DNA of 64,000 bases from Polyangiaceae bacterium (GTDB lineage Bacteria; Myxococcota_A; Polyangia; Polyangiales; Polyangiaceae): contig JBNKBE010000008.1 in NCBI GenBank assembly GCA_050287085.1, forward strand, positions 32,008 through 96,007. The letters run 5' to 3'. Each line of letters starts with the position of its first letter. Within the stretch, counting starts at the first letter, position 1. The translations under genes and the position numbers were made by a program. The notes beneath the pieces were generated by a model, which saw only the letters and a list, made by a program, of their open reading frames with translations, ran no database searches and was not told the origin of the DNA. This document shows, one piece after another, positions 51,298-62,436 of this stretch.

Positions 51298-51969
51298 TCA
51301 GCGCGGAGCGCCAATCGTCAGCAGATTGAAGGTCTTCTCCATGATGCTCTCGAGATCGTGTTGAATCGCCTTCACGCGGGTATGTAGGATTATGTGGGTA
51401 ATCATGCAGAATACCGCGATGCCCAATCCCAGTGACGTGTTGTACATCGCCTCGGCGATACCGTTCGAGAGCATGGCTTGCTTCTTAGCCTGGCTGAGCC
51501 CTGGAGCTCCGATCGACGCAAAGGTCTGAATCAGGCCGCTTACGGTGCCGAGCAATCCGATCAGGGTTGCGATGTTGGCGAGCGACCATAGTGCGCCAAC
51601 TCGCTTTTCTGCTTCGGGCTTGAGTTCGCTCAGCTTCTCACTGAGCGCTGCGTCGATTTCCTCTTCGCCCTTATTGGAGTTCGTGAGCCCCGCGCGAACA
51701 AGCTGAAGCACAGGGTAGTCGCCCGCCTCGCAAAGCTTGATAGCGCGGTCGATGCTGCCCGCAGTGACCAGCTTCTTGATCTGTCCGAAGAACTCCCCCG
51801 AATTGACGCGATAGCGCCGCAGTTGGAAGGTGAACCGCTCCACGACAATGGTCAGCACGACAAGCGAGCAGAAAAGGTTCAAGACCATGAACGTGGGGTT
51901 GTGCCGGAAGGCCTCTGCCAATGAGCCGGCTCCGCCGCCCGGTTGTGCGGCAAAAAGGAGCGAATGCAT
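51298..51969 (-). CDS. MotA/TolQ/ExbB proton channel protein (motor set A)
   Basis: ANIATLIGLLGTVSGLIQTF, GIAEAMYNTSLGL. Confidence 0.92.
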   Translation of the reverse strand: MHSLLFAAQPGGGAGSLAEAFRHNPTFMVLNLFCSLVVLTIVVERFTFQLRRYRVNSGEFFGQIKKLVTAGSIDRAIKLCEAGDYPVLQLVRAGLTNSNKGEEEIDAALSEKLSELKPEAEKRVGALWSLANIATLIGLLGTVSGLIQTFASIGAPGLSQAKKQAMLSNGIAEAMYNTSLGLGIAVFCMITHIILHTRVKAIQHDLESIMEKTFNLLTIGAPR

Positions 51970-52660
51970 ATACCGTAATTTCCCTTCCTCTCAGAGCTGG
52001 GCGTTCGCGGGTGAGGTGTAGCTGGAAGCGGACCGCATGGCTAGCCCTCGCGATCCCACAACTAGGCAAATAGCGTCGGTGTGCCAGAGGCCCTGACAAC
52101 CCATGCCGGACGCTTGCGTAAATATAACCGTCGCGCCACCCGTGCCTGCAGGCACCGAGCTTGGCAAATGGTCCCCATCGGACAAATGCCACTCATTGGA
52201 TGAGTGCTGTTGGGGCGCGCCTTGGTTTGGGTTCACAGTCACCAGCGGTACTAATACAGCTATATAGCCATCGCGACTTGCTCGGGGCAAGCTGGAGCAG
52301 GGGCCGGTGTTTCACCCGCACGCTCCTCGCGTCCACTGTGTGGCGCAACGGCCGAGCCAAGAGCAGCATAAGCGCGGCTCCGAATGCTGCTGCGCCGTTC
52401 ATGATCGACAGCAATGAGAAGCGAGGCCAATGGGCCGCTGAGCTCGCGCGCCTGGTTCGCCAGGGAGCGCGCGGAAACGGCCCGGCGCCTACCATTGCTG
52501 ATTCCCGCGCCAGCCAACTCCTTTAGTATCTCTAGAAAGAGCAGATTCCTCTCAGAACGGACTAGGCACCCACTTCCCGACCTAGTAGATGGATTCCTCG
52601 CTCGGGGCGCATCCCGGCCGGGTGGTGGTAATGGGGTCGGTTGGCTACATGCACGGCGCG

Positions 52661-52732
52661 GTTCATAAGGTCAGCGCAGTTTCCAAGATCAGCGCAGTTC
52701 ATAAGGTCAGCGCAGTCTCCAAGTTCGGCGCA
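52661..52732. repeat. 18-bp tandem repeat x4 in the divergent spacer
   Basis: GTTCATAAGGTCAGCGCA / GTTTCCAAGATCAGCGCA / GTTCATAAGGTCAGCGCA / GTCTCCAAGTTCGGCGCA. Confidence 0.88.
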
Positions 52733-52865
52733 GGCTACTTCCATCGCAGTCTACTTCCATCGTCCCGCTCCCGTCTGTAAGACACTGGCTCAGCAAGGCA
52801 TCCCATGCCGGGCCCGAATTAGAACACGGCTCCAGGGTCGGTTCACACAGGATAAGCCCTCAAAA

Positions 52866-52929
52866 GACCCCTCGGGGTCCACGGATATTAGACCCACTGG
52901 GGTCGGTAAGTAAGCGACCCGCTGGGGTC
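52866..52929. promoter_or_regulatory. Three GACCC-N4-GGGTC palindromes at 25-bp period (putative operator array)
   Basis: Copies start at 52866, 52891 and 52916, ~100 bp upstream of ATG 53028. Confidence 0.65.
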
Positions 52930-53027
52930 TCAGTGATAAACCCGCACGCTCCAAAACACCCGGACCCACGCACCTAGTTGGGCGCCGGCGACCGGCGGGG
53001 CGACACCAAAACAGAGGAAAAAAGCGA

Positions 53028-53693
53028 ATGTTTTCAGCAGCGTGGCAACACTTTCAAGAGGGCGGCTGGGCCATGTGGCTCATTCTATTTTGGCTCATCT
53101 GCTCGATCGCTGTGATCGTTGAGCGCACCGTCTTCTTGATGGGTGCCTCAATCAACAAGGATATGTTCCTGGCGACGATGCAGAAGTGCATTCTGGCGGG
53201 TGACATTGCCAAGGCAGTCAAGATGTGTTCGGCGGCCAATGCACCGCTAGCGAACATCATCCAGGCAGGGCTCCTCAAGGTTAACCGTCCCGACGGCGAG
53301 GTTCAGGCCGCCATGGACGAGGCGGCTCTCTCCGAGATCCCCAAGATCAACAAGTGGGTTGGCTTTCTCGCGATGTTTGCCAACCTCGCGATGCTCTGCG
53401 GTCTCTTTGGCACCATTGTGGGTCTCATCAAGGCATTCGGCGCCGTTGGCGGCGAGAGCGTTGACCCCAGCCAGAAGGCACGCATCTTGGCTGAAGGTAT
53501 CTCGGAAGCGATGAACTGCACGGCGTTTGGTCTGCTTTCCGCAATCGTAGCGCTCATGGGCTTCGCCTTCTTGAACAACAAGACGCAGTCGATGGAAGAC
53601 GCCATCAACGAGGCTTCTGTCCGCGTGCTCAATCTGGTTGTTGCCAATCGTCAGAAGGTCAACCTTCAGGGGCTTGAGGGTCATCACGGCTAA
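53028..53693 (+). CDS. MotA/TolQ/ExbB proton channel protein (motor set B, AglR-like)
   Basis: ANLAMLCGLFGTIVGLIKAF, GISEAMNCTAFGL; GAGG RBS. Confidence 0.92.
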   Translation: MFSAAWQHFQEGGWAMWLILFWLICSIAVIVERTVFLMGASINKDMFLATMQKCILAGDIAKAVKMCSAANAPLANIIQAGLLKVNRPDGEVQAAMDEAALSEIPKINKWVGFLAMFANLAMLCGLFGTIVGLIKAFGAVGGESVDPSQKARILAEGISEAMNCTAFGLLSAIVALMGFAFLNNKTQSMEDAINEASVRVLNLVVANRQKVNLQGLEGHHG

Positions 53694-53716
53694 GGGCTGA
53701 GACCTGGACCACTGAG

Positions 53717-53753
53717 AAGCGCGCCGCCTCACCCAAGAGGCGGCGGCGCTTTT
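53717..53753 (+). terminator. Intra-operon hairpin with short U tract between TolQ-like and TolR-like genes
   Basis: AAGCGCGCCGCCTC-ACCCAA-GAGGCGGCGGCGCTTTT. Confidence 0.55.
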
Positions 53754-53804
53754 GGTCTAAGGTCAAGCGAGCTTTAGCGATCGATGTAACCCAAGGAGAG
53801 CAAC

Positions 53805-54374
53805 ATGGCAGGTATTGATACTGGCGGCGGCCACGGCGGAAAAAAGAGCGTCAATCACGAGATTCCGCTTATCCCGTTCATCGACTTTCTCCTGTGCCTC
53901 GTTTCTTTTCTTCTGATCACCGCCGTGTGGTCGCAGATGGCGCGGATCAACGCCGACGCCCGAGTTCCTGGTCCCCCAAATCCGGACAAGGAACTGGAGG
54001 AGAAGAAGAAGGACAAGACGCTGCACGTCGAAATGAAGAGTGAACGCAAGTTCCAATTGGTGTGGAAAGAGGGCACGCAAGTCCTCAACACCATCGACGT
54101 CCCGCGCAAGGCTGAGACGGTCGGGGAGGATGAGGTTGCATACCCGGACCTCGCCAAGAAGATCGACGAAGAATGGAATCGAAATGATTCCCGGCACTTT
54201 GCCGCAACCGATCTCGAAGTTGATCAGGCCGTGTTGCACACTGATAACTCGACCAAGTTCAAGGACGTGATCGCCGTTATCGACGCGATCTACACCCCCA
54301 AGCGGGACTACAAAGAGCCGACAGGCGAGGTCAAGAAGCGCCCGGCGCTCAATGTCACCTTTTCCGTGAATTGA
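53805..54374 (+). CDS. ExbD/TolR family protein (motor set B)
   Basis: EIPLIPFIDFLLCLVSFLLITAVW; FKDVIAVIDAI. Confidence 0.9.
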   Translation: MAGIDTGGGHGGKKSVNHEIPLIPFIDFLLCLVSFLLITAVWSQMARINADARVPGPPNPDKELEEKKKDKTLHVEMKSERKFQLVWKEGTQVLNTIDVPRKAETVGEDEVAYPDLAKKIDEEWNRNDSRHFAATDLEVDQAVLHTDNSTKFKDVIAVIDAIYTPKRDYKEPTGEVKKRPALNVTFSVN

Positions 54375-54389
54375 TAGGAGCGACACAGA

Positions 54390-54971
54390 ATGTCACACGG
54401 TAAAGCACTAAGCCGCTTTCATCAGCCGATCAGCACCCCCGGTCGGCGCTTGCTTGCCCACGTACCGCTCAACTTCGTTCAGAAGAGAGTGGCTGGTGGC
54501 GGCGCCAAAGCGGTCAATCACGAGATTCCGCTCGTTCCATTCATCGACTTCTTGCTCTGCATCGTTCTCTTCTTGCTGGCGAGCTTCTCGGCTTCGGGTG
54601 AGCTTCCGGTGGATAAGAACGTCACGTTGCCCAGCGCAGAAAACGTGCTCGACATGACCGAAGCACCGATGGTGGCCATTACGGGAACGCAGATCCTCGT
54701 AGATGGGACACCTGCTGGGTCAACACGGGCGATCGAGGATGCCAACAGGCTCCAGAAGGTGGAGCAGCTGGGTGATATTCTCAAGGCGAAGCGCGAGATG
54801 TGGACCCAGATCAATCCGGGGAAGCCGTTTCCAGGGGTTGCGGTCCTGCAGGTGGATCAAGACGTGCCCGCGCTGATCGTCAAGAGTGTGTTTCAAACGG
54901 CAGCTTATGCTGGGTTTCCCAACGTGAGCTTCATGGTTCGTAGGCGTGGTGGAGAGGGCGGCGGCGAATAG
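54390..54971 (+). CDS. ExbD/TolR family protein (motor set B)
   Basis: EIPLVPFIDFLLCIVLFLL; LQVDQDVP...TAAYAGF. Confidence 0.9.
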   Translation: MSHGKALSRFHQPISTPGRRLLAHVPLNFVQKRVAGGGAKAVNHEIPLVPFIDFLLCIVLFLLASFSASGELPVDKNVTLPSAENVLDMTEAPMVAITGTQILVDGTPAGSTRAIEDANRLQKVEQLGDILKAKREMWTQINPGKPFPGVAVLQVDQDVPALIVKSVFQTAAYAGFPNVSFMVRRRGGEGGGE

Positions 54972-55033
54972 GGAAAAGACGTGACCGAGCTGTGTTGAGC
55001 GGCTCGGTCCACCGCAGCTGCTGCGCTTTGAAG

Positions 55034-55065
55034 AATCCGCACTCGGAACTTACCGAGTGCGGATT
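55034..55065 (+). terminator. Perfect 13-bp hairpin after motor set B
   Basis: AATCCGCACTCGG-AACTTA-CCGAGTGCGGATT. Confidence 0.7.
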
Positions 55066-55254
55066 TCGCTTTGTGACACCGCTTGGCAGGGCGCTCGGCT
55101 TGGTACAAAAATGCGGAACTATCGAATCGGATCGCGGTCGATACGAAGACTTAGGAGCGGCCGCCACACGCGGGCCGCTGCTCCGTCTGTAGCAACATGA
55201 CGACATTAGCCCTGGAAATGCTGGCGCGGCCCGTGCGCGTGAGAGGTTTGATTG

Positions 55255-56367
55255 ATGCGACCCAGCGATGAAGAGCGAGGACTGCCCTCGCTCAACCGCC
55301 AAGCCAAAGTGCGCTGGAGGGCGGTGGCCCAGGGGCGAGTTGGAATGCGAGATGCACAGCCTCAGTTCTGGCTGTGGACCTTTGTGGGACTGTTAGCCTT
55401 TGGGGTGATCTACTGGTATTTCGCTGAGCGGGAGCTGGAGCGGCAGAAGAGCACGGTCATGGCGAAGCAGAGAGCTTATGCCGTGAAGCTCGGAAGCCAG
55501 CTCTTGCCCGTTCGGGACCGTGTGGAGTCATGGGTGCAGGCGCTGGCCGACGCGAAGCCGGAGCGCCTTGTGAGCCCGGCCCTCGACGTCGAGGCGTTGC
55601 GACGCTCCAAGGGACTGTATCTACGCGTGCCGCTCGAGGATGCGCACTCTAACGACGCGATCCGGCGTGCGGCGGACCACTCGCTGCACGATGGCTTCAC
55701 CTCGTGTTTGTTCGAACGCAAAGGGCGTGTTCCGAGCGCTAACGAGCCCTCGGAGTGCGAGTCGTCGGGGCAGTGTGCTCCGGGCAAACTCTGCAACGAA
55801 TGGGGGCTGTGTGCGGCGCCGGGGCAACCCTACAACTTGCGACTCATGTACCGGGCCCTGCGGGTCTTGTCTCCGACGTGGACCGATGAGTTGCATCAGG
55901 CCACTGACGACTATCAGGTGCGGGTGTTTGAGCGGGATTTGGAGCGGGTGATGCGGACGGATGTGCCGATAGCCGCAGAGCTATTGACTTCCGCTCGCTA
56001 CTTCACGGCGCTGCTTGATGAACCGGCAGAGGGTGGATTGCCGTCAGTGGCGGGGATGAATCGCGACGGCGGTCTCTCGGAGACTGAGCACACCCAGCTG
56101 CAAACGCTGCCACATTTCGTGCGGGTTGGCGTGTGGGATCTCCAGAGCGAGGAGCTCCTGCTGAAGCTGCGACTCCGCGCTGACGCGGAGTTTGTGCCCG
56201 TTGGGAGTGCCACGGCGATACCAGCGTCGGCCCTGCGGGCGCAGCAGCGCCAGGTTAACAACTGCTCGATAGCACAGACGCTGCGCGAAACGGTGCGGGC
56301 GAGCCAGAGACCGCCGACGACGAGCACAGAGGGCGTGGGTGGCGCCTCCGGTGCGGCCCAGCCTTGA
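55255..56367 (+). CDS. Hypothetical membrane-anchored protein with a Cys-rich segment
   Basis: GAGAGG RBS; TM FWLWTFVGLLAFGVIYWYF; CESSGQCAPGKLCNEWGLC. Confidence 0.7.
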   Translation: MRPSDEERGLPSLNRQAKVRWRAVAQGRVGMRDAQPQFWLWTFVGLLAFGVIYWYFAERELERQKSTVMAKQRAYAVKLGSQLLPVRDRVESWVQALADAKPERLVSPALDVEALRRSKGLYLRVPLEDAHSNDAIRRAADHSLHDGFTSCLFERKGRVPSANEPSECESSGQCAPGKLCNEWGLCAAPGQPYNLRLMYRALRVLSPTWTDELHQATDDYQVRVFERDLERVMRTDVPIAAELLTSARYFTALLDEPAEGGLPSVAGMNRDGGLSETEHTQLQTLPHFVRVGVWDLQSEELLLKLRLRADAEFVPVGSATAIPASALRAQQRQVNNCSIAQTLRETVRASQRPPTTSTEGVGGASGAAQP

Positions 56368-56474
56368 TGGGCAGGCGGTCCGGAGCCGCGGCAGCGGATT
56401 GAGCTAGGGGCCCGCGGAGGGGAAAGTCATACCACGCGGGCCGAGTCTCTGATTGTGGCGGGCGGGCTTCTCGC

Positions 56475-56546
56475 TCAGGGGAGCGCCGTGCCTCAGGGGG
56501 GCGCCGTGCATCAGGGGAGCGCCGTGCATCAGGGGAGCGCAGTGCC
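56475..56546. repeat. 18-bp tandem repeat x4 that includes the oxoprolinase stop codon
   Basis: TCAGGGGAGCGCCGTGCA-like units at 56475, 56493, 56511 and 56529. Confidence 0.88.
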
Positions 56547-59500
56547 GTAGCCACCACCACCTGGCGTGGCTATCGTCAGCACGTCTCCGACCTTGGCTTC
56601 GAACTGTATGCGCCCTGGTAGGTCGCGGCCGTTAAGGGTATTGCGGCCGGCAGCCCCCGGGGAGCCGCCAGCGAGGCCAAAAGGGGCTAGCCTGCGTCGT
56701 TCGGTGAGGAGGGTAACCGTCATCGGCGCTAGAAATTCGATTTCGCGAATCAGACCATGGCCGCCGTGCCGGGCGCCGGCACCTCCGGAGCCACCTCGGA
56801 TAGCGAAGCGGAGCACCCTGACCGGATATCGCGACTCGACGACTTCCACGTCCGTAATGCGTGTATTGGTCATATGGCATTGGATAGCGCTCGCGCCGTC
56901 AGCGGCTTCCGTGGCGCCCATGCCACCGCCCAGGGTTTCGTAGTAGGCCCGGCGCTCGTCTCCGAAGGTGATGTTGTTCATGGTGCCTTGGCTGGCCGCG
57001 GCCGCCCCCAGGGCAGCCAGCAACACATCGACGATGCGCTGCGAGGTCTCCACGTTCCCGCTGACCACTGCGCAATCTGGACCGGGAGACAGCAGCGTGC
57101 GCTCCGGAACTTCGAGGTCGATGCGATCCAATACCCCGCTGTTCATGGGCAGACGGCTGCCGATCAAACAGCGAAGGGTGTAGATCAACGCGGCTCGTAC
57201 AACGGCGAGCGGAGCGTTGCTATTGCCTGGATGTTCAGGTGTTGCGTCGAAGGCCACGCGCAGCCGGCCCCCGCGTCGCTCGAGGTGAACGGCGATCGGC
57301 GTGCCGTCGTCGAGGCTGTCCCGGAATTCCCGGCGGCCCGCGGGAAGCGCCGCCAGCAGTTTCCCCACCTGCGCCGACGCCTCACTCATCAGCAGTTGCG
57401 CATAGCGGAGCAGAGGAGAGCGGCCAAAGCGGACGAGCAAAGCCAGGAGACTGCGCTCGCCATGGCGATTGGCGGCGAGCTGCGCTTCGAGATCCGCGAG
57501 GTTCTGCTCGGGGGTGCGCGCCGGGTAAGGGCCGCTGCGCAAGACATCGAGTAGCCCCTGGCGGTCCATCTCCCCCTTTGACACCAGACGGCGCGCCCGA
57601 ATCAGGACCCCTTCCTCACAGAGCTTGGTTGATGTGGCCGGCATCGAGCCCGGCGTAGTTCCTCCGATGTCGGCGTGGTGACCGCGACTTGCCACATAGA
57701 AGAGGTGTTCTCCGGAAGCGGAGAACACCGGGCTGACCACGGTCACGTCGGGTAGATGGGAGCCGCCCGCGGTCGGGTCGTTGGTGACGTAGGCGTCGCC
57801 GGGTTCCGGTGGGGAAAAGCGCTGCGCAATATGCGCTACTGTTTCTGACATGGCGCCGAGGTGCACCGGAATATGCGGGGCGTTTGCCAGTAACTGGGCG
57901 TCGCGGGTAAACACGGCGCAAGAGAAGTCGAGGCGCTCCCGGATGTTCGTCGAAACGGCAGTGGCTGCCAATACCGAGCCCATTTCACCGGCAACGTGCC
58001 CAAACGCGTTGCCAACCAACTCGAGAAGCACCGGATCGACGCTGTCGTTGTCGAAGCTTTCGCTCTCAGCGGTCCGCTCACGCATTTCCGAGGGCGGCGT
58101 GACGGTCATCCTAAGCAGTCCTCCGGCCTCGGCGCGAAGACTACAGTGTCGCTCAACGACGATGGCGCCGGTGTCCTCGATGACATAAGCGGGGCCCGTG
58201 ACTACAACGCCCGCTACGAGCTGCTCGCGACTGAATACGGGTGTATGCTCAAAGCGATCATCAAACCAGATCGACTCACGGCGAAGGGGGCTTGGGGGCG
58301 GCTGTTCAGGGGCGGACTGGGGCGCTACGTAAGGCGGCTCCAAACGCCGGATCTGCAGAGATGAGTGGAGCGTCCTCAGCAAGACCGGCTCATTCGGCCG
58401 CGCATAGCCGAACCGTTCGGTGTGTAGTGCGTGAAACTCGCGCTCTAGACGGACGGCTTCTTGCGCGCAGTCTCGTCCCGCGGTCCAGGCGAGCACTAAC
58501 ATCGAGTCGGTGCCAGGGTAGGAAAGGGCGAGCCGAAACTCGTGGCGCGGCTGAGTGGAAGCGTCTTCGAGCAGAGAGACCAGGCGCGAGCGTGCTCGCT
58601 CCACCTGAGGCTCCAGCGCGGCAAGTGCTTCGGCCGTCAGGGATTGCTCACCTAGATCCAGCGACTCCCGATGGCCCTCTTCCGCGAGCCCAACGCCCCA
58701 AGCGGACAAGACCCCCGCCAGGGGATGAAAGACCACATGGGTGATCCCCAGCTCTCGGGCGACGGCGCCCGCGTGTTGGCCTCCAGCTCCGCCATAGACG
58801 ACCAAGGTGTCGCTTCGAACGTCGAAGCCCCGGTCGACCGAGATCCGCTTGACCGCCTGGGCCATGTTGGCGCTTGCAATCCGCAGGAAGCCATCGGCGA
58901 TCTGCTCAACCGAGAGCTTGGTGCCTTTCTGCTCCAGACGCTTGCGCAGATTGTCGAGCGCGTCGCGGACCGGCTTGGAGTGTAGCGGTAGGGGAAAACG
59001 ATCAGCCTGCAGCCGTCCGAGGGCCAGATTGACGTCGGTTATGGTGAGCTCAGTCGCTTGCGGATGGCCGTAGCAGAGGGGACCCGGGCTGCTACCGGCG
59101 CTCTCTGGGCCTACTGTCATGCGCGAGCCGTCGTAGCGGCACAGCGAGCCGCCGCCTGCGGCGACTGTATGGATGTCGAGACTCGGAGCGGCGATGCGCG
59201 TTCCGTTGACGGTCGAAGCGTAGTTGAGCGGGAGCTCTCCGGCGAAGCGCGACACGTCGGTGGATGTACCGCCCATATCAAAGCCGATGACCGCAGCTGC
59301 GCCGGCTAGCTCGCGCACATGGGACAATGCGACGACGCCACCCGCCGGACCGGAGAGGATCGATTGGTGACCACGCAATTGTCCGGCCGTCGTCAATTCT
59401 CCGCTGGACTGCATGATGCGGAGGTTGCCCGGGCCCAGTTGTGCTTCGAGGTGGGCGAAATGAGACCGAAGCAGCGGCGTTAGGTTCGCGTCGAGGAGCG

Positions 59501-60098
59501 TCGTATCGGCGCGCTTGAGGAAGCCGAGTTCACCGCTGACCTCGTGGGAGAGGCTGATGTATTCGAAGCCGACGTCCAATGCGGCCTCGCGGATGGCGAG
59601 TTCTGGCGCTGGATTCTTGAACGCGAACACACATGCGATCGCCAGGCTTCTGATGCCAGCGGCTTTCAATTCCGCTAGGGCTTTCCGGATTTCGGTAGGA
59701 TCGGGCATGGCCAGCACCGCTCCATCGGCGTCGCTCCGCGCGTCTACTTCCAGGACGCGATCAAAGAGGGGCTCCACGCGAGCGACTTCGAGCTCGAAGA
59801 TATCGGGTCTTGCCTGGGTGCCGATCCGGGTCAGATCGGCGAAGCCTCGAGTGATGACAAGGGCTGTGGCGACACCCTTGCGTTCGAGCAGTGCGTTGGT
59901 GGTTTTGGTGGTGCCCAGCCTCAACGTACACGGCGGCAGCGGAGCCGTGCTGGGCAAATCCAGCAAGGCTCGCATGCCGCGTAGAGGCGCGTCGTCGGAA
60001 GTGGGAACCTTGACCACGCCCACGACTCGCCCCTCCTGGCTGAGGATGCAATCGGTGAACGTGCCACCCTGGTCAATCCAGAACTCAGTTTGCGTCAT
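56529..60098 (-). CDS. Fused hydantoinase A/B-type ATP-dependent 5-oxoprolinase
   Basis: [52 protein letters not shown]. Confidence 0.92.
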   Translation of the reverse strand: MTQTEFWIDQGGTFTDCILSQEGRVVGVVKVPTSDDAPLRGMRALLDLPSTAPLPPCTLRLGTTKTTNALLERKGVATALVITRGFADLTRIGTQARPDIFELEVARVEPLFDRVLEVDARSDADGAVLAMPDPTEIRKALAELKAAGIRSLAIACVFAFKNPAPELAIREAALDVGFEYISLSHEVSGELGFLKRADTTLLDANLTPLLRSHFAHLEAQLGPGNLRIMQSSGELTTAGQLRGHQSILSGPAGGVVALSHVRELAGAAAVIGFDMGGTSTDVSRFAGELPLNYASTVNGTRIAAPSLDIHTVAAGGGSLCRYDGSRMTVGPESAGSSPGPLCYGHPQATELTITDVNLALGRLQADRFPLPLHSKPVRDALDNLRKRLEQKGTKLSVEQIADGFLRIASANMAQAVKRISVDRGFDVRSDTLVVYGGAGGQHAGAVARELGITHVVFHPLAGVLSAWGVGLAEEGHRESLDLGEQSLTAEALAALEPQVERARSRLVSLLEDASTQPRHEFRLALSYPGTDSMLVLAWTAGRDCAQEAVRLEREFHALHTERFGYARPNEPVLLRTLHSSLQIRRLEPPYVAPQSAPEQPPPSPLRRESIWFDDRFEHTPVFSREQLVAGVVVTGPAYVIEDTGAIVVERHCSLRAEAGGLLRMTVTPPSEMRERTAESESFDNDSVDPVLLELVGNAFGHVAGEMGSVLAATAVSTNIRERLDFSCAVFTRDAQLLANAPHIPVHLGAMSETVAHIAQRFSPPEPGDAYVTNDPTAGGSHLPDVTVVSPVFSASGEHLFYVASRGHHADIGGTTPGSMPATSTKLCEEGVLIRARRLVSKGEMDRQGLLDVLRSGPYPARTPEQNLADLEAQLAANRHGERSLLALLVRFGRSPLLRYAQLLMSEASAQVGKLLAALPAGRREFRDSLDDGTPIAVHLERRGGRLRVAFDATPEHPGNSNAPLAVVRAALIYTLRCLIGSRLPMNSGVLDRIDLEVPERTLLSPGPDCAVVSGNVETSQRIVDVLLAALGAAAASQGTMNNITFGDERRAYYETLGGGMGATEAADGASAIQCHMTNTRITDVEVVESRYPVRVLRFAIRGGSGGAGARHGGHGLIREIEFLAPMTVTLLTERRRLAPFGLAGGSPGAAGRNTLNGRDLPGRIQFEAKVGDVLTIATPGGGGYGTALP

Positions 60099-62436
60099 CA
60101 CCGCCGGCGCTGACCACCATGGCGGGCGCGCTTGGTGCCGTAACCACCTCCGTGGATGTGGGAGGCTCTTTCGGAAAGCAGGGTTCGCTCCTGAAGTGGA
60201 AGTTGAGCCCGGACGCAGGGTCGTGCGCGACGATCACGTGCCCGCCGTGCTCTAGCTTTCCGAATAGCAACTCGTCGCCGAGCGGACGCTTGATTTCGTC
60301 TTGTAGCAGCCGCGCCAAGGGGCGTGCGCCGTTGTCGCGGTCGTAACCCTTTTCCGCGAAGTAGTGGATCGCGTCCGGGGTTAACTCGAGACTCACGTTT
60401 CTTTCTTTCAACAGTTCGCCCAGCTCTGCGGCGGCTTTTTCGACGATGGCTTCCATCGTCTCCCGCGCCAGCGGAGCGAACATGATGCGGGCGTCCAGTC
60501 GGTTGCGGAACTCCGGGCTGAAGGTCGTCTTATACGCTTTCTCCGCGTCGCCACGACTTTCGGCTTGTCCGAACCCAACGCGCTGCTTGCTCAGCTCGTG
60601 CGCACCCACATTGCTGGTCATGATGATCACGATATGACGGAAGTCGGCCTTCTTTCCGTTGTTGTCGGTAAGAGTGCCGTGATCCATCACCTGGAGCAGG
60701 ACGTTGAAGATGTCTGGGTGTGCCTTCTCGATTTCGTCCAGCAGGAGCACGGCATGGGGTGTCTTGCTGACGGCCTCCGTCAGCAGGCCGCCATTGTCGT
60801 GCCCTACATACCCGGGGGGCGCGCCGACTAGTCGCGATACGGTGTGGCGCTCCATGTACTCGCTCATGTCGAAGCGCAGCAGCTCGATTCCGAGGCGCTT
60901 TGCGAGTTGCTTTGCAACCTCCGTCTTGCCAACGCCCGTTGGCCCGGCAAATAGGTAGGAGCCAATCGGCTTGTCAGGGGCGCGGAGTCCGGCGCGGGCT
61001 AGCTTGATCGCGCTGGCGAGTTCACTGATGGCGCGGTCTTGCCCGTAGACGTACTTCTGCAAGTCGGCTTCTAGGGAGCGGAGAGCTTGTTTGTCGTCGA
61101 CACTGACTTGGCGCGGCGGAATGTGTGCGATGCGCGCGACAACTGCTTCGATCCGCTCTAGATCGACGACGGGCTTGTCAGGGGAGTTCAGCTTGGCATC
61201 GGCGCCGGCTTCATCGAGGAGATCGATAGCGCTGTCGGGAAGCCGCCTGTCGCGCAGGTGGCGGGCGGCTAACAAGCCGGCGGCCTCCACCGCCTCCTCC
61301 GTGTAACTCACCCCGTGGAAGGTCTCGTAGTGTGCCTTCAAACCCTTGAGAATGAGCACCGCTTCATCAGCGCTGGGCTCGACTACGTCGATCTTCTGAA
61401 AACGCCGATTCAGAGCGGCGTCTCTTTCGAGATGTCGACGATACTCTTCAAACGTTGTGGCACCAATACAGCGTAGACTTCCGGCAAGGGCGGGCTTCAG
61501 CAGATTCGAGGCATCCACCGTTCCGCCACCGACGGCGCCCGCGCCGATGACCGTGTGCAGCTCATCGATGAAGAGCACCGCGTTCGGGTGTTTGCTCAGT
61601 CGCTTGAGAACACCCTTCAAGCGCTGTTCGAAGTCGCCGCGGAACTTGGTGCCAGCGAGTAGCGTTCCCATGTCCAGCGCGTAGATCTCGGCATTCTCCA
61701 GCGCTTTGGGCACGTCTCCGGCGACAATTCTCTGCGCCAATCCTTCCACCAAAGCGGTCTTGCCGACGCCGGCATCACCCACAAAGAGTGGGTTGTTCTT
61801 GCGTCGTCTCGCGAGCACGAGAATGGCTCGATCCAGCTCCTTCTGACGTCCGATCAATGGATCGATGTCACCGCTTCGGGCACGGTCGTTGAGGTTGGTG
61901 GTGAAGCGAGCTAGCGGGTCCTTCTCGCCGGGCTCCTCTTCGGCGGTCGACTCAGGATCTCCTGCGGGGGCCTGTTCACCCGCTGGCTCTGCGTCGTCCT
62001 CGTCCTCGTCCATGCCGTGGGAGATGTGGGTCACCAGCGCCAGGCGCGTCAGCCCGTTTTCTTCGAGCGCGGCTACGGCGAAGGAATCGCTTTCTCCGTA
62101 CATGGCCACTACGACGTTATGACCCTTGAGCTCAGCCTGGCCGCTGCTTTCAACATGGATAGCACCGCGCTGCAGAACCCGGCGAAAGCCGTTTGAGGGC
62201 GTTGGACTCTCGTTGGCGTCGAGCCTATCACCGGGGATTTCGTCGGAGAGGACGCGCTCGAGACTAGCGCGCAGGCCCTTTATGTTGGCGCCGGCCTTGC
62301 GCAAGGTGCGAGCCGTTTCTTGGTCCATCAAGAGTGCGTAGAGCAGGTGCTCAACGGTCATCCACTCATGACCACGCCGGGTCGCCTCAGTGGCTGCCAC
62401 CGAGCACGCAATCTCCACCTCTGCACTAACCTTCAT
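60085..62436 (-). CDS. clpA: ATP-dependent Clp protease ATP-binding subunit ClpA
   Basis: Two AAA+ modules ([16 protein letters not shown]), VGF ClpP-binding loop, no ClpB middle coil, next to clpS. Confidence 0.95.
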   Translation of the reverse strand: MKVSAEVEIACSVAATEATRRGHEWMTVEHLLYALLMDQETARTLRKAGANIKGLRASLERVLSDEIPGDRLDANESPTPSNGFRRVLQRGAIHVESSGQAELKGHNVVVAMYGESDSFAVAALEENGLTRLALVTHISHGMDEDEDDAEPAGEQAPAGDPESTAEEEPGEKDPLARFTTNLNDRARSGDIDPLIGRQKELDRAILVLARRRKNNPLFVGDAGVGKTALVEGLAQRIVAGDVPKALENAEIYALDMGTLLAGTKFRGDFEQRLKGVLKRLSKHPNAVLFIDELHTVIGAGAVGGGTVDASNLLKPALAGSLRCIGATTFEEYRRHLERDAALNRRFQKIDVVEPSADEAVLILKGLKAHYETFHGVSYTEEAVEAAGLLAARHLRDRRLPDSAIDLLDEAGADAKLNSPDKPVVDLERIEAVVARIAHIPPRQVSVDDKQALRSLEADLQKYVYGQDRAISELASAIKLARAGLRAPDKPIGSYLFAGPTGVGKTEVAKQLAKRLGIELLRFDMSEYMERHTVSRLVGAPPGYVGHDNGGLLTEAVSKTPHAVLLLDEIEKAHPDIFNVLLQVMDHGTLTDNNGKKADFRHIVIIMTSNVGAHELSKQRVGFGQAESRGDAEKAYKTTFSPEFRNRLDARIMFAPLARETMEAIVEKAAAELGELLKERNVSLELTPDAIHYFAEKGYDRDNGARPLARLLQDEIKRPLGDELLFGKLEHGGHVIVAHDPASGLNFHFRSEPCFPKEPPTSTEVVTAPSAPAMVVSAGGDDAN

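Noticed and set aside
52661..52929. Repeats considered as a CRISPR array
   Set aside because: Units are contiguous or have 11-bp spacers, and no cas genes are present.
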